Shown here: piece after piece, positions 18,103 through 27,600 of the stretch
Layout: each line of letters opens with the position of its first letter
Numbering within the stretch: position 1 is the first letter of the stretch
Source of the DNA: a virus
Lineage: Duplodnaviria > Caudoviricetes
Direction: 5' to 3' (one strand)
IMG/VR virus record: IMGVR_UViG_3300046002_006145
Location: 1 to 50,603 of that record
DNA length: 50,603 bases
Position numbers and translations under genes: made by a program
Notes under the pieces: model-generated
What the model was told of the DNA's origin: nothing
Seen by the model: the letters and a program-made list of their open reading frames with translations, nothing else
The model's database searches: none

Positions 18103-20511
18103 ATGAAATATTCCGGCATTCGCGAAGAAGAGCTGAAAAACCGTATCGCGAAAGAATACTTTTCGATTTACGACTGTGCAAAAATTATTGGAAACGTTGA
18201 TTTCTGTGTTCGACTACACCAGGCAGGAAGACAGCTTTTTGAACAAGAATCGCTTCTTTGGGCAGAAGCCAAAACAGATTTATCGGATATTTACGATTCA
18301 ATTGCTCAATTAGTATTAACAATAGGAAAGGCAAGAACATTTGATAAATTTATGCCACCGCCACTACTCGGAGCAATGGATGGTGAGAAAATTGCTTTTG
18401 TTCCATATAATGAGATACACGATATATTTTACCAAAATGATTTTAACTGGAACGTCACACCCTCGGATAGTTCGACAAAAGAATTTCAGTTAATTAGAGA
18501 TAAAGTAAAGACAATCATTGACCCAAAAGCACTTTTATTCAACTTTGAAAGTGATGAAAAGGATCTTAGAAAATTCATTAAAGACAATTTCATTGTCGGT
18601 AAGTTAGGATTCACTAAGATAAAAATCGACAAGAATAACTTCATTGTCATATATAGCAAATGGCTCAAATCTGTTAAACCTTCAATAGCTGTTAACTGGG
18701 ACCTTGCCAAGAAAAAAGGTGTTATTGATGGCGACTTTTATCTTGCCGATTTGCTTTCGGCTGAGAATATTACTTTAAAAGAAAAGCTTTACGTCGTTTT
18801 GAAATCAAAACACTACGAGTTAAACCGCCATCAAGACGAATATGGTGCTTATACTTCGAGTAGTGTAGAATTTAACGACAACCAGATAGCTCATACACAA
18901 TTCTGGAATAGATATGAACGGCCACCAAAAGAGGAATATTGGGATTATATAGAAAATAGGCGTGATCTATTGGTTCCACAGGACGTTCGAGAAAGAAAAG
19001 GCAGTTATTTTACTCCTCAAAAATGGGTTGAGCTTTCACAAAAGTATCTTACCGAAGTCCTGGACGAAGATTGGCAGGACGAGTATTATATCTGGGATTG
19101 TGCCTCCGGTACAGGTAACTTATTACACGGATTGACAAATAAATACAATATCTGGGCATCAACACTGGACACCCAGGATGTTGAAGTTATGTATGACCGC
19201 ATTAGAAATGGGGCAAACTTACTTGAAGACCACGTTTTTCAATTTGACTTTTTGAATGATGAATTTACTAAGCTCCCACAACCATTACAGGACATTATAA
19301 ACAATCCTGAAAAAAGGCGAAAATTGGTAGTTTATATTAATCCTCCTTATGCTGAAGCTGACAGTAGGAAGGGTGAAGGTAGGTCAGGTATTGCCGTGTC
19401 ACTCATACATAAAAGGTATTCTGATAGGATGGGATATACAAAACGAGAATTATACATTCAATTCCTGACAAGGATATATCTTGAAATTAATGGTTGTTTA
19501 CTCGCTGATTTCTCTAAACTAAAGAACTTACAAGCTCCGAAATTTATAGATTTCCGTAACTTTTTCAAAGCAAAGCTTCTAAAGTGCTTTCTCGTTCCTG
19601 CTTATACTTTCGATAATGTTATTGGTAATTTTCCAATCGGATTTATGATCTGGGATACTGCAATAAGTGAAAATTTTGAACACTTTTTGGCTGATGTATT
19701 TGATGAAGATCAACGCTTTATTGAGCGTAAACACCTATGGGCATACGATGATGTTAAAGTTATAAATGACTGGACATTAACGTTTATTGATGAATCTGAT
19801 AAAATTGAATCATTGGGTACAATTATCGGAGTAGGTAGTGATTTTCAACATCAAAATACAGTTAGAATCGAAAAGCCTTTTAGGATGTGGAACCATAATT
19901 ATCAATGGCAAATTACTAAGGATAACTTAATTGAAACATCAATTTATCTGGCCGTTAGGCTATGCGTGAAAGCTACGTGGATAAATGATAGAGATCAATT
20001 CTTATTCCCAAATGAAGGATGGACAATTGACCAGGAGTTTCAAAACAATTGCTTTACCTTTACTTTATTTAGTCACAACTATATTAAATCAGACGACGGT
20101 GTTAATCACTGGATTCCATTCACAGAACACGAAGTAAATTCAAGAGAGAAATTCGAAAGTAATTTTATGACTTCGTTTATTAGTGGAAAGCTTAATCATA
20201 AACCTAAAGTAAATCTTTTCGAAACTAAAGAGAGCCGGAAGGACCCCTTGGAATTTTCCCCAGAGGCACAAAATGTATTTAACGCTGGCAGGATGCTTTG
20301 GTCATATTACCACGCACAACCAAAATGTAACGTGAATGCTACGTTATATGACATTAGGGAGTATTTTCAATGCAGGAATGATAAAGGGGTAATGAAAAGC
20401 AGAAGTGAAGATGAAACCTATATGGAACTAATCACCAACCTACGAAATAAGTTGAAACTTTTGCAAATTAAAATTGAGCCGAAGGTTTACGAATATGGGT
20501 TTTTAAAGTAA
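18103..20511 (+). CDS. Type IIG-like fused restriction endonuclease / N6-adenine methyltransferase
   Basis: N-terminal E...VDF...WAEAK PD-(D/E)xK-like motif, GSYFTP, motif I WDCASGTGNL, motif IV NPPY. Confidence 0.8.
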   Translation: MKYSGIREEELKNRIAKEYFSIYDCAKIIGNVDFCVRLHQAGRQLFEQESLLWAEAKTDLSDIYDSIAQLVLTIGKARTFDKFMPPPLLGAMDGEKIAFVPYNEIHDIFYQNDFNWNVTPSDSSTKEFQLIRDKVKTIIDPKALLFNFESDEKDLRKFIKDNFIVGKLGFTKIKIDKNNFIVIYSKWLKSVKPSIAVNWDLAKKKGVIDGDFYLADLLSAENITLKEKLYVVLKSKHYELNRHQDEYGAYTSSSVEFNDNQIAHTQFWNRYERPPKEEYWDYIENRRDLLVPQDVRERKGSYFTPQKWVELSQKYLTEVLDEDWQDEYYIWDCASGTGNLLHGLTNKYNIWASTLDTQDVEVMYDRIRNGANLLEDHVFQFDFLNDEFTKLPQPLQDIINNPEKRRKLVVYINPPYAEADSRKGEGRSGIAVSLIHKRYSDRMGYTKRELYIQFLTRIYLEINGCLLADFSKLKNLQAPKFIDFRNFFKAKLLKCFLVPAYTFDNVIGNFPIGFMIWDTAISENFEHFLADVFDEDQRFIERKHLWAYDDVKVINDWTLTFIDESDKIESLGTIIGVGSDFQHQNTVRIEKPFRMWNHNYQWQITKDNLIETSIYLAVRLCVKATWINDRDQFLFPNEGWTIDQEFQNNCFTFTLFSHNYIKSDDGVNHWIPFTEHEVNSREKFESNFMTSFISGKLNHKPKVNLFETKESRKDPLEFSPEAQNVFNAGRMLWSYYHAQPKCNVNATLYDIREYFQCRNDKGVMKSRSEDETYMELITNLRNKLKLLQIKIEPKVYEYGFLK

Positions 20512-20520
20512 TTAATAATA

Positions 20521-21813
20521 TCATTTTGCTTTCAGGAAGTTCAGAACTGCCCTATTGGAATTGTCAACCCGTGACCAATCCTTTTCAATGTAAGCATCTG
20601 CCATCTTCAAGCCCTGGTCGATATGGTTAAGGGCAAGATCTACATCGTCTTTAGACACCTCGCACTTGTTTCGTGCAATTGTAGCCCAAGAATGGCGTGC
20701 GTAGTACGTTGAAAGTGGTTCATCTATCTTACAGGCTTTGGCAACCTTTTTCAATCCCTTATTCACGTTAGAACTAAAAATGAGTGAATTGGTGTACCTA
20801 TTGTGAAAGTCAAAAACCCGTTGGCCTGTTTTGTCTTTGTATTTCTCGACAATTGGCATTGCTTCCGGTTCTACTTTTATTGAAATGAAAGCCTTGTCCA
20901 TTCGCCTGCCTCTGGTCTTTTTCCTTTCGTATGAAATACGGCCGTCTTTAAACTTGTCCATTTCGTAAAGGTCGGCAAGGTTGGCACCAACCATATAAAA
21001 CGATAGCATAAATATATCACGTGCAAAAATGGCACGTTCCAGAAGTAGCTTTTTTACTTCTGCATCACGAATGGCCAAAATCTGTTCCTTAGTAATGTTT
21101 CGCTTTTCGTTTTCCTGCCTACGTTTCAGTTTGTACTTTCGGAAAGGATAGTGAATAATTCTCATTTCCTCTTTGTCCTCGTCGTTGTATTCGTCCATTG
21201 CAGCATTGAAAAGCAAACGTATTCCGGTCATATAATCGAACAAGCTTATATCTGAAACACCTTTTCTCTTTATGGTTACGAAATTACCGAACTGGTTTTT
21301 TCTTTTTATTGTACGTTCGGTCCTCAAAAAGTCTTCAAGCTGCTGCAGGAACTTGGCTGTTATTTCGGTAATGGCAATCTTTTCACTTCCGTTACGAAAG
21401 TCAACTATGGAATTGACAACGGTTCTCAAACTCATTGCAGTTGTGGATCTGCCTTGTGCTTTCAGCTTTTCAATATGCTTTCGGGAAAATTCGATGAAGT
21501 TGATTGTCGAATCTGTTCCAGGCTTTGTTTCGCTGTCGAAATATTCGGCCAACTCCTTAACGCTGTACATTTGGATCCTATGGCCAAGCTTCTGTGACTT
21601 CAAATCTTCAAACTTCGTAATACGTTTGTTCAGCTCGTTGATAATATAGATGTCTTTCAGGGTGAAAGTCTTTTTGTTGATTTGCTTCTCGGTTACGTAA
21701 TACTCGGTTTTGATATAGCTGTACCCACGCTTCCAGCCAACACGGATTGAAACAGGGTATTTGCCGTCAATTCGCTTTTGATGTTCAAAGACACATATCT
21801 TAAAAGTTGCCAT
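20521..21813 (-). CDS. int: Tyrosine integrase (Bacteroidota type with arm-binding and SAM-like domains)
   Basis: YYARHSWATIA, LALNH, catalytic-like AYI; N-terminal DGKYPVSIRV; likely start MATFKIC at 21813. Confidence 0.9.
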   Translation of the reverse strand: MATFKICVFEHQKRIDGKYPVSIRVGWKRGYSYIKTEYYVTEKQINKKTFTLKDIYIINELNKRITKFEDLKSQKLGHRIQMYSVKELAEYFDSETKPGTDSTINFIEFSRKHIEKLKAQGRSTTAMSLRTVVNSIVDFRNGSEKIAITEITAKFLQQLEDFLRTERTIKRKNQFGNFVTIKRKGVSDISLFDYMTGIRLLFNAAMDEYNDEDKEEMRIIHYPFRKYKLKRRQENEKRNITKEQILAIRDAEVKKLLLERAIFARDIFMLSFYMVGANLADLYEMDKFKDGRISYERKKTRGRRMDKAFISIKVEPEAMPIVEKYKDKTGQRVFDFHNRYTNSLIFSSNVNKGLKKVAKACKIDEPLSTYYARHSWATIARNKCEVSKDDVDLALNHIDQGLKMADAYIEKDWSRVDNSNRAVLNFLKAK

Positions 21814-21910
21814 TTTCCGTACACTCTTCGTACAACAATGTGTTACAAACGTAGGTATTTTTGCTTTGATTTGCAAAATTGACATTTTCAGACACTACCT
21901 TATAGCAATG

Positions 21911-21952
21911 AAAAAGCCCGTAAGAATCAATTACTTACGGGCTTCTTTTTTT
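21911..21952. terminator. Hairpin terminator downstream of the tRNA 3' fragment
   Basis: AAGCCCGTAAG-9 nt-CTTACGGGCTT with A/T tracts on both sides. Confidence 0.75.
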
Positions 21953-21995
21953 GTAGCGAGAGGGAGGAATGATCTCCCGACCTCATGATTATGAA
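21952..21995 (-). tRNA. 3' half of tRNA-Met(CAT) (att core; not a complete tRNA)
   Basis: Minus strand TTCATAA TCATG AGGTC GGGAG ATCATTC CTCCC TCTCGCT ACA = anticodon loop, T-arm and acceptor 3' strand. Confidence 0.8.
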
Positions 21996-22177
21996 TTATG
22001 CAGTCTGACCGCTATATTAACTTATAAGTTAACTTTTTACGTGATTTTTTTAAAATGTTGGTACACTTATGGTAAAACAATCTTCACTTTGCACGAAATC
22101 CACTGACCTAAATCAGTGGAAATCTGGTTGCCTTTTTCGGCCGCAACTCCGTTGAAAACAACTTCGCAAAGATATGA

Positions 22178-22687
22178 TTATTTCTTATAAATGTTCGTGT
22201 AGTAGTATTCAGCAATCTGAACCGATTCACTCCAAGTCAGTTTTCCGTCTGCAAGGCTCTGAAGTATCAAGACACATAAAGAATGATAGTAAATGTTTTT
22301 CGTTTCATCTGGCGACATATTTATGGCCACGACGATTGCTTTCAGTTGTTCATTTGGATCCTGAATATTTGAAATAGTATTGGCAATGTTTAGCTGTATG
22401 ATAACCTTTGGCAGTATTAGTTTAAGTTTTGCCCTGATCATATTTATTGCCACATCGTCTGCTTTACCAGGAATGATAGCTGCCAATACTGTTTCAATAA
22501 TGTCACCAGCGAAGGAATCGTTCACATTTTTAAGAGCGTTCACGGCTGTTACGGCAATAGGTGCGATTTGCTTCACTTCGTCAGTTGCTTTTTTCCAAAG
22601 TCCCGTAAGGAATACCCAGATTTGGGTGATAAAAATTTTGAGTTTCATAATAATTGTTTTTAATGATTGATAAAAATTTGTTTTCAT
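22178..22687 (-). CDS. Lysis-module protein of unknown function
   Basis: Coupled to the endolysin (ATGA overlap); hydrophobic/amphipathic N-terminus. Confidence 0.6.
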   Translation of the reverse strand: MKTNFYQSLKTIIMKLKIFITQIWVFLTGLWKKATDEVKQIAPIAVTAVNALKNVNDSFAGDIIETVLAAIIPGKADDVAINMIRAKLKLILPKVIIQLNIANTISNIQDPNEQLKAIVVAINMSPDETKNIYYHSLCVLILQSLADGKLTWSESVQIAEYYYTNIYKK

Positions 22688-23154
22688 AAAAAATATAGTT
22701 TTGCTTCTGCTTTTCGTCTAGCAATTAGCCCGTTTAACTTAACCCCTTTGGAAGTGATATAATGAGTCGTCCACCACGCTTTCAATAGAGGATTGTTTGA
22801 ATTAACCATCGAAAACAAAGTATTTGATCCGCCAGTGTTATAGGTAAATGAAACTAAGGCATCGAACTCATTTTCTTTTAATGGCCTTGTTATTTTCCGA
22901 ATCACTATAGTTTCAAAAACTTGTAAATCTTCTTTAAGAGCCTTTTCAGCATCCAAAATATTAAGGATAGTTGCTTTTGGCATTTTATCGCTTTTCAAAA
23001 AGTTTCCTTTGCTGTCACGCATAGCACGTCCGTAACCTTCTGTCCAAATACCAGCAGGGCATTTTTTAGGCTGTAACCCAATTACGGATAAATCCCCATC
23101 GTGTAGGCTTTCAAAATGTTTAATTAAGTCTATTCCTATTTGAGTTGTTTTCAT
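22684..23154 (-). CDS. Endolysin, GH24 lysozyme
   Basis: IKHFE...CPAGIWTEGYG, ENEFDALVSFTYNTG, LNGLIARRKAEAKLY. Confidence 0.9.
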   Translation of the reverse strand: MKTTQIGIDLIKHFESLHDGDLSVIGLQPKKCPAGIWTEGYGRAMRDSKGNFLKSDKMPKATILNILDAEKALKEDLQVFETIVIRKITRPLKENEFDALVSFTYNTGGSNTLFSMVNSNNPLLKAWWTTHYITSKGVKLNGLIARRKAEAKLYFL

Positions 23155-23156
23155 AA

Positions 23157-23522
23157 TTATTTATGTGAAAATGACTGCTCGGTCTGTGGTGTATAATTAT
23201 TTTCTTCTTTGACGGCAATTCGTTTGTCGTAATAGTCTTTTATTAAAAACCCGAACAACAAGCCCAATCCTAATTTTATTAAGTCATAAACAATTGACTT
23301 GTCTTCTAATTTACGAACCCTTCCAGGTAAATCTTTAAAATGCTCCAAAGCGTTGTTGATGTTTAAAACTGAAATATTTGTAGATTCTACCGATTCTAAT
23401 ACTTTTTCAATAGTTCGGTTAAATTTAGCTTCGTGATTCCTTACCGATTCCATATCCTTCTTTAAATTATTTATATCTATTGTGTGCTCAATGCAGTCAG
23501 ATTTGGGTCTTCTTTCGTCCAT
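23157..23522 (-). CDS. Coiled-coil + single-TM lysis-associated protein
   Basis: Heptad-like region followed by LIKLGLGLLFGFLI. Confidence 0.55.
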   Translation of the reverse strand: MDERRPKSDCIEHTIDINNLKKDMESVRNHEAKFNRTIEKVLESVESTNISVLNINNALEHFKDLPGRVRKLEDKSIVYDLIKLGLGLLFGFLIKDYYDKRIAVKEENNYTPQTEQSFSHK

Positions 23523-23524
23523 TT

Positions 23525-23731
23525 TTATTTGTTTTGAATTTCTTGAATTACCTTGTCCTTTGCTGCACTTCCAGTGCTGGAACCAAAGAAGTATTGCAAG
23601 ATTGCGCTGATAAAACCTATCAATGCACCTAAAACTATTTCAGGTATATCGATGAATACAATAGCCGACATTCCAAAAAAAACAACAAATACCGCTAATA
23701 CGGTTTTTAGGGTTATGTTTTGAGTTTTCAT
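23525..23731 (-). CDS. Holin (2 TM)
   Basis: Two hydrophobic segments and YFFGSSTGSAAKD motif; first gene of the lysis cassette. Confidence 0.75.
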   Translation of the reverse strand: MKTQNITLKTVLAVFVVFFGMSAIVFIDIPEIVLGALIGFISAILQYFFGSSTGSAAKDKVIQEIQNK

Positions 23732-23757
23732 ATGATTTAGGTTGAATTTATTATAAA

Positions 23758-23789
23758 CAAAAATACTGATTACGGTATCAGCGTGATAC
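23758..23789 (-). promoter_or_regulatory. Lysis promoter: operator GTATCAGCGTGATAC (23775-23789) upstream of TATTTTTG
   Basis: Operator lies 9 nt from the -7 box. Confidence 0.65.
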
Positions 23790-23880
23790 GTTTTTGAATA
23801 AATAAATCATAAGTTTGTAAGCAATTTTATACCATTTTAAAATTTAACATATTAAAATACATTTATATTTAATATATGTA

Positions 23881-23902
23881 TATATTTGTATCACTGTAAT
23901 AC
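23881..23902 (+). promoter_or_regulatory. Moron promoter TATATTTG overlapping operator GTATCACTGTAATAC (23888-23902)
   Basis: The same 22-nt string occurs at 40536-40557. Confidence 0.75.
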
Positions 23903-23922
23903 TAACTTTAAAAACAATCATT

Positions 23923-24570
23923 ATGAAAAATTACTTTATTTTTTTAGCTGCAATGCTATTCGTTTTATCATCTTGTACCAACAACGATGATTCAATATTC
24001 AAGTTGGATCCGAGTGCCACAATTAGTTTAAATCCAGCTCCTGTTTGGAAATCAACTAAGGCAAAAATGGCTTCCGGTTATTTAACACCACTTCAAGTGG
24101 TCAAACAAGTTGGCGACATCGAATTTTATAACTATAAAATTTATGGAAACGAAGCAGTCGGAAGAGGTTTTTCAGGACCACAACGAGATACAATAACACC
24201 TAAGTTGAAAATGTGGGGAACAGACATTATTGACCAAGAAGGAAAATATGTTCCTGATTTTATCGAAGCCGAAGATCTTGTTTTGCGCAGATACTTGAAG
24301 ATTAATATTGTCACCAAAGAAGTAACTCCAAGAATAATGCACCCAATAACAGGTGGTCCAATGGATATTTTAAATACTTACGAAAGGGAAACATCGGACA
24401 CAATAGGCTATATTCCAAACTCAATTATGAGAAGTGCCGAATCGAGAATTAAAGCGGCATACGAAGCCCAAGACAATGAAGCCGTTTACAATATTTTTAA
24501 CGATACGTTTGTCTTTTATCCGATAACCGGTAAAGAGTGGCTGGCCTTGAAAGCCCAAAACCTTCAATAA
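23923..24570 (+). CDS. Lipoprotein moron (candidate superinfection exclusion)
   Basis: Signal peptide MKNYFIFLAAMLFVLSS-C followed by TNNDD; own promoter and terminator; opposite strand to its neighbours. Confidence 0.75.
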   Translation: MKNYFIFLAAMLFVLSSCTNNDDSIFKLDPSATISLNPAPVWKSTKAKMASGYLTPLQVVKQVGDIEFYNYKIYGNEAVGRGFSGPQRDTITPKLKMWGTDIIDQEGKYVPDFIEAEDLVLRRYLKINIVTKEVTPRIMHPITGGPMDILNTYERETSDTIGYIPNSIMRSAESRIKAAYEAQDNEAVYNIFNDTFVFYPITGKEWLALKAQNLQ

Positions 24571-24574
24571 AATT

Positions 24575-24609
24575 AAAAAGAGCCTACAATTAAATAGGCT
24601 CTTTTTTTT
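24575..24609. terminator. Bidirectional intrinsic terminator
   Basis: AAAAAGAGCCTA-loop-TAGGCTCTTTTTTTT between convergent genes. Confidence 0.85.
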
Positions 24610-24610
24610 A

Positions 24611-27600
24611 TTAATTAACTCCTAAAATAGTATAATCAAAAGACCCAGCTATAATAGTGTTGCTACTATTCCTGACTTGAACCCTGAACGATGTTGTAGA
24701 TTTTGAAATAATTGAAGCTCTATATCCATCAACACTTGGCGTTAGAATTACCGTATATGTTGATACTCCTACAGAATGAATAACATCGTATATTCCAGTT
24801 GCCGTGTAAGTGGCATTACTTGCGCTTGACTTTGCGCCCCAACGATTTGTATGTGTTCCTGCACTCGATATACTTCCAGTTGCTAGAATACCAGGAATAT
24901 CGGTTGCCCCTTTTATCTTCAAACCATTTAATTTATCATAGAAAAGATATTGTGTAGTTGACCAAAAAGAAAAGAATCCGTCGCCACCAATTTCAGTTCT
25001 TGAAGGTGCAACCGATTGAACTTCAACGTAAGCGGCCGAAGTGTTTGACATACTTATCATTGCGGAATGGAATTTTGTAACGTTGAATGTTCCTTCTATA
25101 ATATATGTAATTGTGTAACTTCCTGCCGCTAGTGCTATTGTCTGGTTTCCACCTGGCGATAAAGTATATGAACCAACCCCCGAAATTTCAAACTTTTGAT
25201 TAATTGTATTTATTGTCACCCCTGAAGTGTCCGAAATCAAATATCCTAAAATACCACCTGCATAAATCTTTATCGATGTGGCAATAGGTATCGACAAAAC
25301 AGCCGAACGAACAATAGTAACCGGAACTACCAAAGGAATGTCACTGTAACTATTGTAAACTGTTCCAGCGTATATAGTTGTTACCCTATAATCTGTCGCT
25401 TCACGGATCCAACCGCCAGCAATAAGCGTGGCAAGCGGTGTTATAGCTTGTGTCGTAATTCTTATGCGTTCGTAAAGTCCTTCGAATCCAGTTATTGCAC
25501 CTGCAACAACTTTGAAAAGTCCAACGGTTAAGTTTCCGAGTTTATCCCAAAGTAGTGAGCCTTTTGCCCTATGTCCTGAACCGTCTTTTCTATCGATAAC
25601 GGCAACAGCCGTTGGTGTAGTTGCAGAAGCTAAAGCATCGGCATAAGTACCACCACCAAAAAGCACTACGTTGTCAGTTGCTAGTCCAGAAAGTCCACCT
25701 GTTACGTTTCCTGCAACGTCTTTAACCTGAATTAAAGTAGTACTTAAAAGACCACCTTCAATTGATGTATTGGCCTGCATTGCAGCCTTCAAATAATCAG
25801 TCAATGCTATATTGGCATCAACGTCCTCTGGTGCTGCTGTCCAATCTGTTACTTTATTACCTTTTTCGACCTTGATTAATTTCAAAAATCCGTGATAAGC
25901 ATAAGCCCCAGCATTTGAACAAACAATTCTTAAATTATCAAGCGTTGCAGGAAGCGTGATAGTTGCTGACTTGTATGTATAACTATTTTCGTTAACAGGA
26001 ATGTATAGCAAATTTGTTCCAGACGTTCCGGTACCTGTATTTTTTACCAAAAACGACCAGCTTTCTGTTCCACCAGTTGCGTATTTTCCGAAAAAAGAAA
26101 GTGAAATCGTTTCGCCAGCAACAAACATTGAAAGCGGAATTTCAAGAGTGCTTGAAAACTCCTTTTCGGCCTCACTTTCTGTTATATAATTCCTTCCACC
26201 TATCTGAATATTATTTACAGAATTACTGATTGCTGTTTGAATTGTTTCGCCCGAACTGAATTTGAAGTTCCCTTTAAATTCGCCAGCATCCAAATCGAAA
26301 TAAGTATTTCCATCGGCTGACTGGATCCTTCCCGTTTTAATAAAGCGACCATTTACCGTTGTGAATCCATACATCAAAGCTAAAGCCCTTGTATTATTTG
26401 CATCGACTGAATTCAGAATTCCGATAAGAAAATGGTAATAGGCACCATCGCTTTCAACACTTATTTTATCCGTGGAAAACAGGATTGAACCGCCAGAACC
26501 TGAACGGGAACACTTGGCATATACATATCTTGCTGTGTCTGTTGTTATTACCACATCACCGCCCGTGATAGTCCATACAATTGGATTATCGCCTGAATCT
26601 AGTATCGAATAATGTACTAAGCTTCCACCAGAATAGACAACACGGTTTTTGTTAGCCGCATAGTTTGGCTGAAATATTATCGCTTCAAGTCCAAACTGCA
26701 TTGATTTTGCTCCAACGGAAAGCATATTGGTTTCAATAGAAAGCGGTTTGATTTTATCAGTGTAGTAATCGCCTTCAACATCGAAGATCATATTCAAAAC
26801 CTCTTGTGAATCCTTCCAGTTTCGTCTTGCCTTAGCTGGATCATTCAGGTCGTTTATCTTGATAACCTTGTCAATAGTATTCATTCCAGAAATAACACGG
26901 TTAATCGTTGACACGGTAACTGATAAATCGGCAATAGTTAACTGGTAGGCATAATCGAGCATCAAATCACGAGTAAAACCTTTTACTCTGATAGTTTTGT
27001 CCACTTCCAAATCTGTGTCTTTAATTGGGATGAAATCGCCCACCCATACGATGTTTGAAAGTGCGTCTGCTCCAACTTGTGTTTTAAGATAGTTGCTATC
27101 AATCGTCAATCCATATTGAACCAAAGGCTGGCTATATTTTGCCAAATATGCAGCACCTTTCACGGCCAATTCTGCTTCGGCAGTATCGATGTATGACTGT
27201 GGCATATAAATGTCTGAAATTATATACTCGTCACCAACTTGGAACTGAAACGCTGCCGTGGTTGTTGATGGGAAAACATAATCGTTTTGGTCCGTCTGGC
27301 TTATGATTGTGAACTTCTTTGTAGCGTGTACGTAAGCTGTCACCTCAAATTCATATCCGGCAAGGTTTCCGGTATTGAAATGGATTTTGGCACTTGTTCC
27401 ATCCATCAAATATTTCGTTGTGCCATCGACGTTTTTTTCGTTCAAATCGAAATCCATTGAGCTGTCAATAAACTCAAAAACAGTTGCACCCAAAGACGAA
27501 ATAATACCTGTTCGGTGTGGGTAAATATCGTCGAAATCCCTTGTGCTTTCCCATATTCCATAAGTAGCAATGGCACCAGCATCTTCAATAAAGCTTTGCG

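Larger units (their letters stand above)
21819..22081. mobile_element. attP region: tRNA-Met 3'-half core flanked by imperfect direct repeats (candidate arm sites)
   Basis: GTACACTCTTCGTACAACAAT (21819-21839) vs GTACACTTATGGTAAAACAAT (22061-22081), 17/21 identical, flanking the tRNA fragment. Confidence 0.7.

Noticed and set aside
21952-22020. Complete phage-encoded tRNA-Met
   Set aside because: The 5' half is degenerate: mismatched anticodon stem, no proper D-arm or acceptor 5' strand
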